Shown here: in pieces, positions 36,301-49,798 of the stretch | Layout of the letters: each line of letters opens with the position of its first letter | Position numbering within the stretch: position 1 is the first letter of the stretch | Source: Monocercomonoides exilis PA203 | Lineage: Eukaryota > Protista > Preaxostyla | Length of the DNA stretch: 64,000 nt | Assembly: GCA_001643675.2 (NCBI GenBank) | Contig: LSRY02000005.1 | Location: 1,798,001 to 1,862,000, forward strand | Reading direction: 5' to 3' | Notes under the pieces: model-generated | The model's database searches: none | The model's input: the letters and a program-made list of their open reading frames with translations, nothing else | What the model was told of the DNA's origin: nothing | Position numbers and translations under genes: made by a program

Positions 36301-38177
36301 CATTGGGAATTGAAGCATTGATTGATGCTTGTTGACCAGGTACTACGGATGTTCCAGGGGCTGCCACAGGAAGAGAAGAGGAGGAGGAAGAAGAAGAAGG
36401 AAGAGGAGAAGGAGGTTGCATTGAAGGCCCAGCATAATACGAAGAAGGTGCTGATGGCTTCGTTAACGAAGAGATCAGTGAAGAGATGACGTCTGTTGGT
36501 GAAGTAATTGAAGAAGAAGAAGAAGGCGAGGAAGAAGAAGAACCAGAAGAAGAAGAAGAAGAAGAAGCAGATGGCTTTTGAGCATCATTTGCATCCTTTT
36601 CGCTCCGCTGCGTATTCTCCTTCCCTTTTGCAGAGATGCCCCAGCGGGCTGTCACGAACGGCACCGGGAACAGCTCCTCTCTCTTTGCTTTCCCTTCGCT
36701 CTGCTCTTCGCCTTCGCCTTCGCTTTCGCCTTTTCGATCTTTTGCCTCAGATATGAAAAGTGATATGCAACCGTAGCTTTTTGTGGGGGGAGGAAGGAAC
36801 TTCGGAAGAGCTGGCGCTTTTGAGAGTTGTTCTGTTGCAGAACTGGTATGCGATCGATTTCTATTGGCTTGTTGGTGTGAATGACTCTCAGATTCAAAGT
36901 ATGTTGGAGACAGAAATGTTAGAATTGGACTATCGAATCCTTCTTTGTCAGATTTTGAGTTCATCTGCTCAAAATGTGCTTTTTTTTCTTGCTTCATTCG
37001 CTCAAACCATTTTTCTTGTAAATGATCAGACTGTGCCAGAAGTGTAACCCTCTCGGTTAAGCCAATTTGATCTATAAATCCATCTCCGTCAATGGTAAAT
37101 TCAAGAGGACTTCTAAAAGGTTGAGGAGAGCTTGTCTTAAGTTTTATGGCGGAAGTTATAGATCTGAAAAAAGATTTTGTACTTCGCCTATTATTTTCTT
37201 CAGTTTCTACGCATTTCTCAAGACCATTAAGAGCTTGGTTAATTTGTCCAACAAGTCTCTTTAAAAAAATAAATAACAAATTTCAAATACAAAAATAATT
37301 GTTATACCTCTGTTCTATCTATTGCTGCAAAAGTAGCTTCAAGTTCTCTCGAAGCAGCCAGAAGTTGGGTCACGGTCCCTTCTACAAGCTCTTTATTTGC
37401 AGGATCGATCTTTACGCAAATTTCATTTAATAGATTTTCATATTCTACAAAATAATAGTAAAGCAACATACAGATGATAAAATTATTGAGTTAAATTCAT
37501 CCATTCGCGCCAAAGCCATTTCGCATGTTTTTTCAATTTCTGAAGGCTAAAATAAATATTGTGTTAAGCATCGATAATTTTCAAATGTCATATCATCATA
37601 CATCAAATTTTGGACTTTCTTTAATGAAATTCGCTAGATCATTGGAGAACGATGATACAGCTTCTTCAGGATTGATTTCTTCTGTTTCCTCCATAAAGCA
37701 TATAATTTTATGGGACTTCTTGTTGAAAAAGAAAATACTGTTGGAGAATAACTTTGGTGTATTTTTATTTACAAAAATGAAACAAAATTAACAAATAACG
37801 TTTTTCCTTTTCCTTTTCCTTTTCTCTCTTTCTTTTTTTTTTAAGTGATTCACAAAAAAACAAGATAATGATAATGATGATGAAAAAATGGATGTTTGAA
37901 TCGTTGAAAGTTTCTCTTTTCGATCTTCTTCAGCCTTGCTGTTCAATTTCTTCAATACGGTTTGAATCTCCAGCATACCATTAGGCAAGTGCACAGATGC
38001 TTCGCAGAAAATTTGATGAAGAGAAAGGCAATGAATTTGAAGTATTTCTTGTTCTATCGACGCTAATGATGAAGATTGCAGAAGAAGTTGGTTGTTGATG
38101 TTAAAGGTGAATATATAGAAGAAATGATTGAATAAGAAGAAGAATAAACCTTTCCCCAGCAAAAATATTTTCTTCAA
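33316..38177 (-). CDS. Multi-exon hypothetical protein with Ser/Pro-rich and charged coiled-coil segments
   Basis: Successive - strand ORFs (37788-38177, 35840-37279, 34938-35873, 33891-34640) separated by AT-rich introns; terminal exon ends ...GACDSVWGE* at 33316. Start uncertain. Confidence 0.6.
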
Positions 38178-39444
38178 TTCTTTTCCTTCAAAATACTGTC
38201 ACGTCAGCAAATGAAATAATTCGTTCACATAATTAGCATTCTTTTATCTTCTAGGCGATACAAGTGAAGATTGGCCCACAAAAACCGAAATCAATAAAAA
38301 CGCTTTTGGAGCTGTACTTTTTTATTGTGCAACAATAATTATCATTGCTGTTTGCTCTATTCCTCCTCAGATTCTTTTTCAAAAAATATCCTCAATTCTA
38401 ATTCTTCCCAGTTACCTACCTTTTCCTCCACCTCATTTCTCCTTTTCCATCGTTATTTCTTCCCTCCCTCAATTTTTCCTTTATCATCAATTTTTCTCTG
38501 TCTTTCTGCCTTCCTCAAAATACCATCTCCAAAATGAAATCTGCCATGAACAGAGAAAATAAATTCCATCATCCTGTCATATTATAACATGAAGATAAAA
38601 ACAGATTCGAAATTGTCATTCAAATCTCAATAAAAAAACAAAACAATATGATTCTTCATGAAAATTTTTAAATAAAACATTCATTCAACAGACATTCGTT
38701 GCTGCATTCTTTTCTTAAGTGCCTTCACCTTTGCCAAAAATGGATATTTTTGGCCAGTTCAGCCTTTCACCATTTTCATTTTTCTCTCAAATCGTATCAT
38801 TTTCTGCCCTGTTTGCAAAATAAAATCAAAAAAATGAATAAAACACCCAATGAAATATCTCATATGAATCAATTCCACACTGCCCATCTCATTGGACGAG
38901 AATGTCCATCTCGGACATTCAGAGCATCAACAAAGAACAATCAAGAAATAACAATTCCAAAATGCCTCTGGTGACTGCAAATGAAAAAACCACACAAGCA
39001 CCAGAAAACAAAACATGAAAGATATTTTCAAAATACATTCACTGCACAAACCTCATCTGTTCCTTGGATAAATGACATCCAAAATGAATAATGCTTTAAC
39101 AACGCTCACTTCACTTGAAAAATGAAAATCTGACTCAGATGCTTAAAATTAAATATTATGAAAGGAAAAATGAGTTTTAACTGCTTTTCTGTCTGTATCA
39201 AGAAAAATATCAAAACATCAACATTTTCAGTCAATCATTTTGAATTTTTCTAATGATCAAATGAAAAACAAAATAAAACTCATTCAAAATTCATCGCAGT
39301 TAATGAAATGAAAAATCTCACTTCACACTTAAACAAGAAAAGATTATTTTCTTTCTTTCTTTTTTTTCAAAATGTTGTGCCAATTCTAATTTGGACAAAA
39401 TCTGGAAAAAAAGAAAATTGTCTTCTTCGTGTGGATAAGTTCCC

Positions 39445-42400
39445 ATGCTGTCAGGAATTTATTGTTTTGTTTATGCAATTTGGATGGAGTGTATATGCAA
39501 TGGTGTTGCAAATGACGAAGCAGAAATGGTGGAGAAATCGATAAACGAAAGAAAAACAGATTATTTGAGCAACTGTTTGTTTGAGAGCCTTCAAAATGAT
39601 AAGAATCGAGACATAAAAACATTTGAAATGATTGTTGAAGGGAATGAACGTGGAATTGAAGAAGAGAAAAAATCTCAAAAATCAAAGAAAAATGATCAAA
39701 TATAGCCAAACGAAAGAAAACTCCAAATTGTGGAATGAGGAAAAGATGAGAAAATGAATTATGCATATTTTTCTTGCAATGAAGAAATGAGGAAAAGGAG
39801 AAGAAAATTAGAATAAGCGAGATTGAAGGATGTTTTGTTCTGTATAATTCTTCAGTGAAGTTCAAATCATTGAAGCTGATTCAAAGTGATGAGGAAAATG
39901 TTGTTGAAGTTGAGGATGAAAGTTTTGTTGAATTTGAAGATTGCCGCCTTTTTGTGGTGAATGGAATATCTCCATTTAACTTCACTGGAGGATATGGGGT
40001 TTTCAAGAACATTTCACTCAGTTCATCTTCAACTGAGTTTTTGGAGGCATTTCCACTCTTTTATCTTCAAAAATTGTTGAAAGGGAAAATATTGAAAATT
40101 GCATTGCTTCTGTTTGCTCATCTCATTTTTCGTCTTTTTGTGTTTCCTCAGCACCTTTCCTCTCTTCACCATCTATCTCCCTTGTATCCCTCTCCAAATT
40201 ATCATTTTTCAACATTTCAATAGCAAACGATGCATGCTCGCCTTCAACCACTTCCTCATCCCAAACCACTTGTATGATGAAAAGTTGTTCATTCTCATCA
40301 GTCTGTGATGTGTATGATGGAGGGATTATTTCTTCCCTCAATAACCCTTTGGCTTCATTGTCTGCCTCAAACACCTACTTTGTTGGATGTTGTTGAACAA
40401 AAAATGTTGAAATAGTTGGAGCTGAAGATGAGAAGAAACATTTAGGGAGGCAGAATGAAACAACCGGTGGACGGAATACTTTCCAATGGTGTGAATGGAA
40501 TGGACCGAGGACAACAGGAGAAGCTGATTCCACCACAGATGGGATCTCGAGTGGAGGGGCCATTTTCATGTACAACAAAAAGGATGGAACAATATCGGTC
40601 GCTCACTGTTCTTTTAATGGATGTGCGGTATATTATTGTGGAGGCGGAATCATGTGCCATTCAATCAAATCAGTTGATAAAACAAACAATTTATTCAACG
40701 CTTGCAATGCTCAAAGCAATGCTGGAGGAGGAATGTATGCTTTTACGATTTCAACGTGTGTTCGGATCAGTGGATGTGAATTCCAGAATTGTAAAGCAAA
40801 CAGTCAAGGAGGAGGGCTTTTGCTTCATACTTTTGATGTTTCAGTAACAGGGTGCATTGGAACAGAAAGTGGAGAAGGGGAGAGTGCGTGTGTGTTTGAC
40901 TGCAGTTTCACTTCATGCTCGATAACTAATACTTGGGGAGGAGGCATGTACTGTTATGGAGTTCCTTATCAATTCAAAATGAGGAGCATTCAGTTTATTT
41001 CATGCTCAACAGCTGCAAATGGAGGAGGATTATGCTTCAGACCAGAAAAAACAGAAAAGCCTGATGATGGATTCTATTGTTATTTCCTGTTCTTCCATGA
41101 ATGCAAATGCAGAACAACTTCAACACCATATGGACATGATGTGTATTACGTGGACTATTACAGTTCACATTTACACTCAAACCCATTTTATGAATGCTAC
41201 ACCACAAACAGTAATGATAAAAGGATATGTTATGTTTATAACTATTCAAGCTCAGAGAGTTGGGTGTATCAGCACACAGAAAAGAAGGATTGGCTGAAAG
41301 ATAAGACGATATATGTTTCTGTGAATGGGAGTGATGGATACGAGCTTTGCGGGTCAAATGAAACATATCCGTGTTTGACAGTGAAGAAGGCGTTTGAGAT
41401 GTGTGAGGTGCAGATTAGCTTGGCAATCACGCTGCTGGATGGAAATCACACAAGCGAAGCAGCAACGATTGATATTGGAGAAAAGAAGATTTCAGTCATT
41501 GGGAAGGGAAGGATGGAGAGTTCGATTGGAACAGGAGCACTTTCATCTGTTGGAACGCTGTTCAGTGTGACAACAGGCCAACTTGGTTTATTGCACATGA
41601 AGGTTGATTGCAACTCAAATATAAATCCTTCGCCGAGTGTGGTTGTGGTGTCTGATGGGAGTGGGTCACTCTCATTGGAGGATGTTGTGATCACCACGAG
41701 CAAAACAGGAAACTATGTGATGTCGTCGTCAGTGTTTGTGGTGGCGCTGTCACAGCTGTCAATGGTTGATGTGGAGATCATAAATATGAATGTGTCAGAA
41801 CCATTGCTCTCTGAGCCGGATCTATCTTCTTCTTCTTCATTGTCGTCATCTTCCATGTATCTGACAGCCACAGCATCTGGTGATAGCGTGCTGGTGAATG
41901 TGAAAGTGAAGAATGTGAAGTTGACAGAAAGGGATGGGGTGGTTGTGGTGAAGAGTGTGAAGGAAGGAGAGACATTTGTGGTCAAGAATGTGACAATCGA
42001 GGCTTCTGAGTGCATGAATGGGAGTGGTGGTGGGATCAAAGTTGATTTGTTATCGCCAACAAGCAAGCCTCAGATGGAAACAACAAAATTCACCAGATGC
42101 AAATGCAGTGGAAATGGTGGAGTGAAAATGCTGTATCTGAAAGATAACTCGATTGACTTCTCAATTGCATCAGTTGATTTTTCAGGATGTTTTGCTTCAT
42201 TGAGAGGAAATTTTGTGTTTGTAAATGGGAGCAATTCTGCAAACTGGGAAATAACAACAGAAAAGCTGAATATCCAGCATGACAGTTCAAGATGCAATGA
42301 GCTAGTTGGATATGATCGGAGTGACTCAACAATGGGACTGTTCCTATTGTTCGTGTATTTGGATTCATATTCAAATGCAGCACATGTGGGAAAGGGGAAG

Positions 42401-45400
42401 GATGGGCAGGGTGGATACAACTCGTGGTTCTGTGGGTTTGACTATTATCCGTGTGCCACCATCACGCACGCAGCGCAGGTGAGGTACCCAGATACAAACA
42501 AGAAGATCGAATTGGATTCAGGATTTGAGCAAACTGAGGCAGTTGGAATGACAGATGGCCATGAATGGGAAATTTCAAGTGTAACAAAAGGGATGGAGGT
42601 TGGGGTGAAAGCACCGGAGAATTTTGATTCATCTTGTCTGATTGAGGTGTTGAGCAAATATTCAATGAGAAACATCAAGTTCTGTATTCCATCTATTCTG
42701 TCTGGTGCATCATCATCTCTAATCACATCCAATTCCACACTCCTCGCACACATTGACTGTTCCGTTGTTTGTTCGTCTGAAAAATCATTTGAATTCACTT
42801 TTGTGAATGTGGTTGGGGGGAAAATGAAAGTGGAGAGATTGGTGATTACAGAGATTTTGAAATATGGAGAACATTCACTGATTGAGTTTGGTGCAGGGGT
42901 GGAATCAGTTGTGTTTTGTGGATGTGAGGTGAATAATATTGAGAAGATAAATGGAAATGGAGGATGAATGAGTGGAGTGGTTGGGGCAGAGAGAGATGAG
43001 GGGCAGAATGGGATAACTGTGATTGAGTCGTATGTTGTGAAGAGGTGAAGGCGTGTTGATGGAAAAGGAGGAGGGATGTGTGTTTGGGTGAAGGGTGAAG
43101 GGAGTGTTGTTGTGAATGGGGGTTGTGTGATTGATGGGTGTGAGGCGATGGGATCAGGGGAGAGTTCAGAAGGAAGAAGCGAAGGGAGAGGTGGAGAGAT
43201 GATGATTGTGATGGAGGGCAGGGATGGTTCATTGAAAATGGAATCTGGAATTCAGAGTTTGTTTGGAGGGAATAACAAAGCTTCATATGGGAATGATGTG
43301 TTTGTTGATTGCTTGAAAGAGGAGTTATGTTGGAGTCGAAAGTTAATGGGAGTTCATTTTCATTTTTTGATTCGAGTGAGATTCCATCAGATGTTGTGAA
43401 GTTGTGTGGGAGTGAAGATGGGAGAGAAGGTGAAGTCATTCCGCTGTTTGTGTATTTGTGTTCAATTGGCTCGAAGTTGAGAGTTGATGGGAGAGGAAAG
43501 AGGGCATTGGATCACAGTCATTGTGGATTTGAGGAGTTTGGGTGTTTGACGATTGACTATTGTGTGACCAGTCGAGTTAAGGAAAACATGCAGACAGTTA
43601 AGGTTTCTTCTGAATCATCAATTAAAAGTGAAATGAAAGTACTTTCATTTGATGTGAATTTGACAGGAAAAGAAGAACAATCGGGAAAGAAGATGAAAGT
43701 TGAGGTGAAGGATGGAGGAGAAATAAATCAATATTGGCTTTTTGAGTGCACAAAATCACTTGAGATGAGATATTTATCATTTGTGCTGAATGAAGAAATG
43801 AATGGGAAGAGAAGTTCATTCATCCACCCCTCATCATCAACCATCACAATAACGAGCTGTTCACTCTCATTTGCAAATGATGAATTGATTGGATACAATG
43901 TGATTTGTGTTGAAGGAGGAGGCCCGATTGTGAATGGATTTGTGATGGAATGGGGAGTGAGAATGAATGGGAAATCGCCAATTGTTGTTTCGAATGGAGT
44001 GACATTGGAGATGAATCACAGCCGAATGAGTGGAGTGAAAGTTGTTGATGGAAGTGGGGAGGAGGAGGAGGATGTTTGAATGTGGAAATGGGTGTGAATG
44101 GGATTGTGAATATTGAGGAATGCAATTTGTCAGCATTGTGCCAAGGGGGAAGTGGGATGAAAGGGGGAGGAATGAAGATATCAGTGGGGAAGGGAGGGAG
44201 GTTGGAAATGAAAAATGTGAAATATTCAGGATGTGAGAACCAAGAGAGGATGTTGAGGATGGAGGGAGAGGAATGGGGGGAGGGATGTTTGTGAAGCTGG
44301 CAGATGAGATGGGAACATTTGTGATGGAGGGGATGATATGAAAGGGATGTGATGGGTGGAAAGGGAAGAATGTGTTTGTGTCAGGATGGGATCTGAGAAA
44401 GATTGTGAGTGAGGATCACCCGAAATGGGAGATGAGTTTAGAGGAGTTGGGATCATTGGATGAGTTGTGTGGGCGGGAGAGGATGACAACAGGAGAAGAA
44501 TATGTGATTTTACTGGTTGTGTATTTGTGGAGCAACTGGAGTGGGAATGGGTTTGTTTCGAAAGAAAATGGAGGAGACTTCAGTAGGTGTGGGTATTCAG
44601 AAGCACCATGCTCATCGATTGACCACTTGATATCACTTCGATATTCAACACTTGGAAGAAGGGGAGACGCATATTGCCATTGTGGGATCAGGGATGCTGG
44701 TTCATTCCATATCATTTTCATCTTCATCTTCATTTTCATTTTCTTCATCATCAATATCAGAGTCACCAAAAGTGGTAATTGAAGGAACAAAGAAAGGGAC
44801 AGGAGTGACGATCAGTGACGAAGATGAGAATGAATTGTCTGATGGTTCAATGATCTCCTCGAATGTGAGTCTATCATTTGTGAATGTGTCATTCACCAAG
44901 CCAGCCATCACAACCCATCATTCAGTGTTGATTGAATCCTCTGGAGCAAACACATTATTGTCAGTTTCAGATTGTTCATTTGGCCCAGGGAGAGGGGTGG
45001 CAGAAAGTTTTGGATATTGTGTGATGAGAGTGAATGGGGGGAGTGTTGTGATTGAGAGGTGTTCGTTGAGTTTGATTTCAGAGTTGAAAGGGTTGATTGC
45101 GTTCAGCCCAAGTGCAGGTGAGGTGACACTTCAGAATGTGAACATTTCATTTGCCGATGTGACAGAAAGAAGTCTGATTTCGATGATAGATGAGGATAAC
45201 AAAATGAATGGAGAAAAGAAGGTGTTTTCAAATGGGAACGGACCAGTTCTGAGGGTTGTTGGGTGTTCATTTGCGAACATCACAAACGAAGGGATTGGAG
45301 CGAGTGTTATTGATGTGGGATCATTTGAGGATGGGGTGGAGTGTGTGATGGATGAGTGTTCGATGTCAAGTTGCAAGAGCGGTTTGAGTGATGAAGGAGG

Positions 45401-48400
45401 GGAAATGAGAGTGGTGCTGAAGAGTGGGGAGTCAGCGTTGAAAGTGAATGGGAGCTCGTTTTCGATGTGCAAGTGCTCGAGTGAGACAGGGTGTGGAGGA
45501 GGACTGTTTATTGATGGAGCAGATCCCAATACCAATTATGCTGATGAAAGTCAAATTCCGCCTCTGAATTTCAAGATTGCGAACATCCGATTCATGATGA
45601 ATGATGCGTTTGTGGGGAAGGATGTGTTCATCAAGAGCCACTCGATTGGGAAGCAGATCAATAAAACGCTGTTTATACTGGACTTCAACCAGGGGATGCT
45701 TAAGTGGAAGGATTTGATGTGTGGGAGCGATAGAGAAGGGAAAGTTGATGTTCACCTGATGCCGCTGATCGCATTCTATTATTCTTCACAGGTGTTTGTG
45801 TGTGTGAATGGGAGTGACAGCAGGCAGTGTGGAGCACAGAGCAATCCGTGTGAGAGCATTGGGAATGCTGTGCAGCACATCGAACGAAGTGTTGTGAATA
45901 TGATTCTTATTGATGGGGAAGGGATGATGGGAGAGGGATGTGTGATTGGGGATGTGAAGGTGGTGTCGATTCGGAGAGAGAAGGCGACAATCCATTTTTG
46001 TGGGAAGATGGGGGAAAGAGGAGAGGAGAGGAGCATGATGGTGTTTGTGAATGAATGTGTTGTGGAGAGGTGCCAGTTTGTGTTTGGAGAGGGATTTGAA
46101 GGGGTTGAGGAGAGTGTTTTGAAAGAGAAGGATGGAAGATTGGAGATTTCAGAGTGTCTTTTCAGCTCGTCAACAATGGATCTGGTGATGGAGAGCATGA
46201 TTCTTGATGTGGAGAGTGGAGAGGTGAAGATGTGCGAAACGTTGTTCAGTGGAATTCATTCAGCTGTGCCACTTCTGTCGTTCTGTGGAGAATCGTGTGT
46301 GTCAATTGCTGAGACACGAATATTGAATATCGAGTGTGAGGGAGAAGTTGTGAGAGTTGGGGGAAAAGCGAAGGCAGAGATGAAGGAAGTGAAGTTTGAG
46401 AATATGTCAGTGGCTTCTGAAGGAAGCGTGATGAAGATGGATGGAGCTGAAAGGGGGTTGAGTGTGCTGAACTGTTCCTTTGCGAAATGCTGGAGCACAA
46501 ACAAGAGAGGAAGGGTGATGAGGATATGTGAGTGTGTGGATGTGAGTGTTGGATCGTGTGTGTTTGATGGAGAGGAAGGAGAGGAAAGAGAAGAAAGAGA
46601 AGGAAAGGATGAGAATGAGGATGATGGAAGAGGCGAAGAGTTTTGCAGATGGGATGGATCTGTTGTGGATGTTGTGAAGAGTTCAGTGATAATGAAAGAT
46701 ACAACAATCACAAATTCAGCCGAAGGTGGAATAACAATGAGTGGAGGAAATGTGATAATTGAGAAAGGAGAGTTCATGAATAACAATCCTTCAATTGAAG
46801 AATATCCATCATTGAGAAGGAATATCATCTGTTCAGATTCAGAAATATTGAATATGATGAGTTTGAAAGGAGGAGATGGATTGAAGGATAATACTTCACT
46901 TTGGATATTGAATGAAGGGTGCAATTTTGAAGGGATTGTTTCTGAGAGGGATTCATCATTCTTCATTCCTGTTCTGGAAAGTGTGGAAGCAAAAGAAATA
47001 ACAGATAGAATGAAGCTGATATTCAAAGGGATGCTTCTTGTTCCATGCAATCTGTCATTCTCAGTTGTGAAGAGGAAAGGAGAAGAGAAAGAGATTGAAA
47101 AATATGATTTTGATGGAAATGGGTTTTTATCAGAAACAGAAGTTGAAGGAAGTGTGGCAAAGGATCTAATCAGCAATTGTGGAGATGAAATCGAGGTGAG
47201 CGTGTGCATTCTGTTTGGGAATGCAGAATCGCCTTCATCAACAAATTCATTCATTCTGAAGAACAGAAGCGAGGTTGAGCCAAAAGGAGATGAAAGAAAT
47301 GTTGAAGGAGGAAAAGAAGGAAAATCGATATGGCCTCTAATTGTTGTTATATTGGCTGTGTTGTTCTTGATTGTCCTCATTGGATTTATTTTATTTGTTG
47401 TTCGATGGAAAAAGGCAAAGGAAAGGACAGAGGAATTGGAGGAGATTGTAAAAGATACAGTGAAAAAAGATCCGAAGCTGATTGAGATGGTGACGATGGA
47501 GATGTCACCAGAGGCGCAGTGGAGAAGAGCAGAAAGAGAGGCAGAGAAAAAGAACGAAGAGAAGATAAAGAAAAGAATAAATGGAAAGGAGATGGTGCAT
47601 TCAGAATCTGAAGAGTATTTGCTGGCTGAGAATGGATCGACTGAATACATTCTGGGAAAAGATTCAGACAAGATTCCTGATTGGATGCTGGAAAAGGTTG
47701 AAGAAGAGGAAATTAGAAAGCAGACTCCATCACCATCCATTTCATCCACTTCAACAACGGACACAACTGATTCAGATTCAACATTTGTTCGGGGTGAGGA
47801 TCTGTGCCCAACCACCTCTTCGATGTCGAATCTGGTGGATGCAATGGCCTGTTCATCTCCTCATGAGAAGCTGATTGTTGACTTGAGGGATTCTTTGTTC
47901 ATGCTCCTGCATGTGAGGAACGAGAAAAAGGAAATGGCAATTGGGAGTTTGCAAGAGAGGGAGCAAACAGCTGCCCAGATCCTGTTCTGGGTGGCCAACC
48001 TTGCTCTCCACTCATTTGATGAAATGGAAAATGAGCTTTCCTCTTTGGCCAACTTGAGTCCCCACCTTGTGATATTTTCAGGACACATGGTTATTTGCAT
48101 TGCGGTGCATTCTGACTTCTTGTCGGATGATGATTCTGATTCATCGTCGATCTCATCATCAACGGTTGTGACATCTGCCAGTGGTGATGATGAGGAGGAT
48201 TCTCTGCCTTCTTCAGCATTTGAGGATGACGAGGACAATCGATATGAGTGCCTGAGGTGGAAGGCGCCTGAGCTGCAGATGAACAAGAAGATGGAGCCAA
48301 CAAAGGAGTCAGTGGCATTCTCGATTGGGATGATGCTGTGGGAGTGTCTGATCCTTCAAATCCCATTTGGAGGGTATCCTGCAGAGGTGGCAGGAGGTAA

Positions 48401-48782
48401 GATCTTAGATGGGGAGAGGCCAAACATGACAGCTCTTGTTGAAGAAAGTGGGTTTGGAGAGCTTGTGAAAAATTGCTGGCAATCGCAGTGTACAATTCGC
48501 ATTTCTTTGGATGATTTGTGAAGAGAACAATTTCTGAACTTTCCAGCTGGAACAATGATTCGAACGATGTCAGATGCGATTGAGGATGAGGATGGCACAG
48601 AAAATGAAAAGAACAAGACAGATGATGAAGCACTATTGATATCTGGATCGTATGTGGCATTTTCAGGGAATTCATCAAAAAAAAATGAAAGATGCGAGAA
48701 AGCCACTCGATCAGAAAAAGTAAGAAATGACTGTGGAAACAGAATATGTTCAAATGAAGAATGCAATATGAGATGCGATTAA
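39445..48782 (+). pseudogene. Disrupted large type-I membrane protein: Cys/Gly-rich repetitive ectodomain, one TM helix, degenerate kinase-like tail
   Basis: Repeated GGG and 'CG....PC.(T/S)I' units; TM IWPLIVVILAVLFLIVLIGFILFVV; kinase C-lobe remnants LRWKAPEL, FSIGMMLWE, IPF, GERP. Frame broken repeatedly at ~39.7-44.7 kb; in-frame TGA at 42965-42967 and 48519-48521. Confidence 0.8.
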
Positions 48783-49798
48783 ATGAGTGGTGATTTTTGA
48801 ATGGAAATAATAAACATTTTCACCGTTTTCAAAAAGCTGCATGCTTTTATTAATGTTTGTATGTATGTGTTTGAAACGAAATTTTCTTTTCGATCAGAAT
48901 ATAAAATTTTTTGAGAATGGGGAAAAAAACAGTTGAAATCAATTTCTCTTCGCTGAGTTATAATACACTTTTGTCATTATCTTTTTTCTTTTGAATTTGA
49001 ATTTATTTTTAAGAAAAGAAACACAATTGGATTAAAAATTCAACAGAAATAAAAAATTTCATTTCACAAAAACATGTGAATTATTCTTTCTTATTGATTA
49101 TCATAAAGACGAATGAAAGAAATCAAATATTTCTTGAAACAACGAAAGAATTGTTCTAGCAATGGTGAAATTTTGGCACATATGTAAATGTTGACTTTTC
49201 AAATGCATTGTGACGCTAATTATTAAAAGTTAATTTGGTGTTTGATTTTCCAAAAAATCAAAACAATATAGTTATAGCCTCTGATAATTTCACTTAAAAA
49301 AAGGAAAAAAAAAATCAATGTGAAAAACTGCATGGTGATTCCACTTCATTTTCAATCATTCGCATAGAAATATATCATTTACAAAAAATTTTCAAAAAAT
49401 GAATCAAAATAAATACTTGGGACAGAATTTTTTCATTTATGAAAAATTCAATGACTTGTTCCATCCTTTTTCTGCAATCGTATAATTACAAAACTGACAT
49501 TGCAGTGCTATATTGAATATTGAACAATAAAAAAATTGCGAAAAATCTTGAAACAACTGTATGGAACAAAATTCATAACACACAAAATTTCTTCCCATTT
49601 CACATTCTCGATGAACTCTATAAAGGGAATGATCATAAAGAAAACTGCAAAATAAATCAATCAATGTTTATATTTTTAATGTTTTCATTGATGCGATTGT
49701 CGAAATCGATCTGTGATTTTCGTTGGAAAACAATATTAATAATTTTCAGATCATAAATACCAACCAGCAGTTTTAAAAAAACGGTGCAGTGAAATCAA

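Noticed and set aside
46256-47815. 519-aa antisense ORF, and similar shadow ORFs such as 614-1066 and 35134-35697
   Set aside because: These are antisense shadows of compositionally biased coding sequence with no recognisable motifs.
42965-48521. In-frame TGA codons in the surface-protein gene as possible Trp or Sec readthrough
   Set aside because: The same gene has several frameshifts, and TGA is the normal stop of neighbouring genes.
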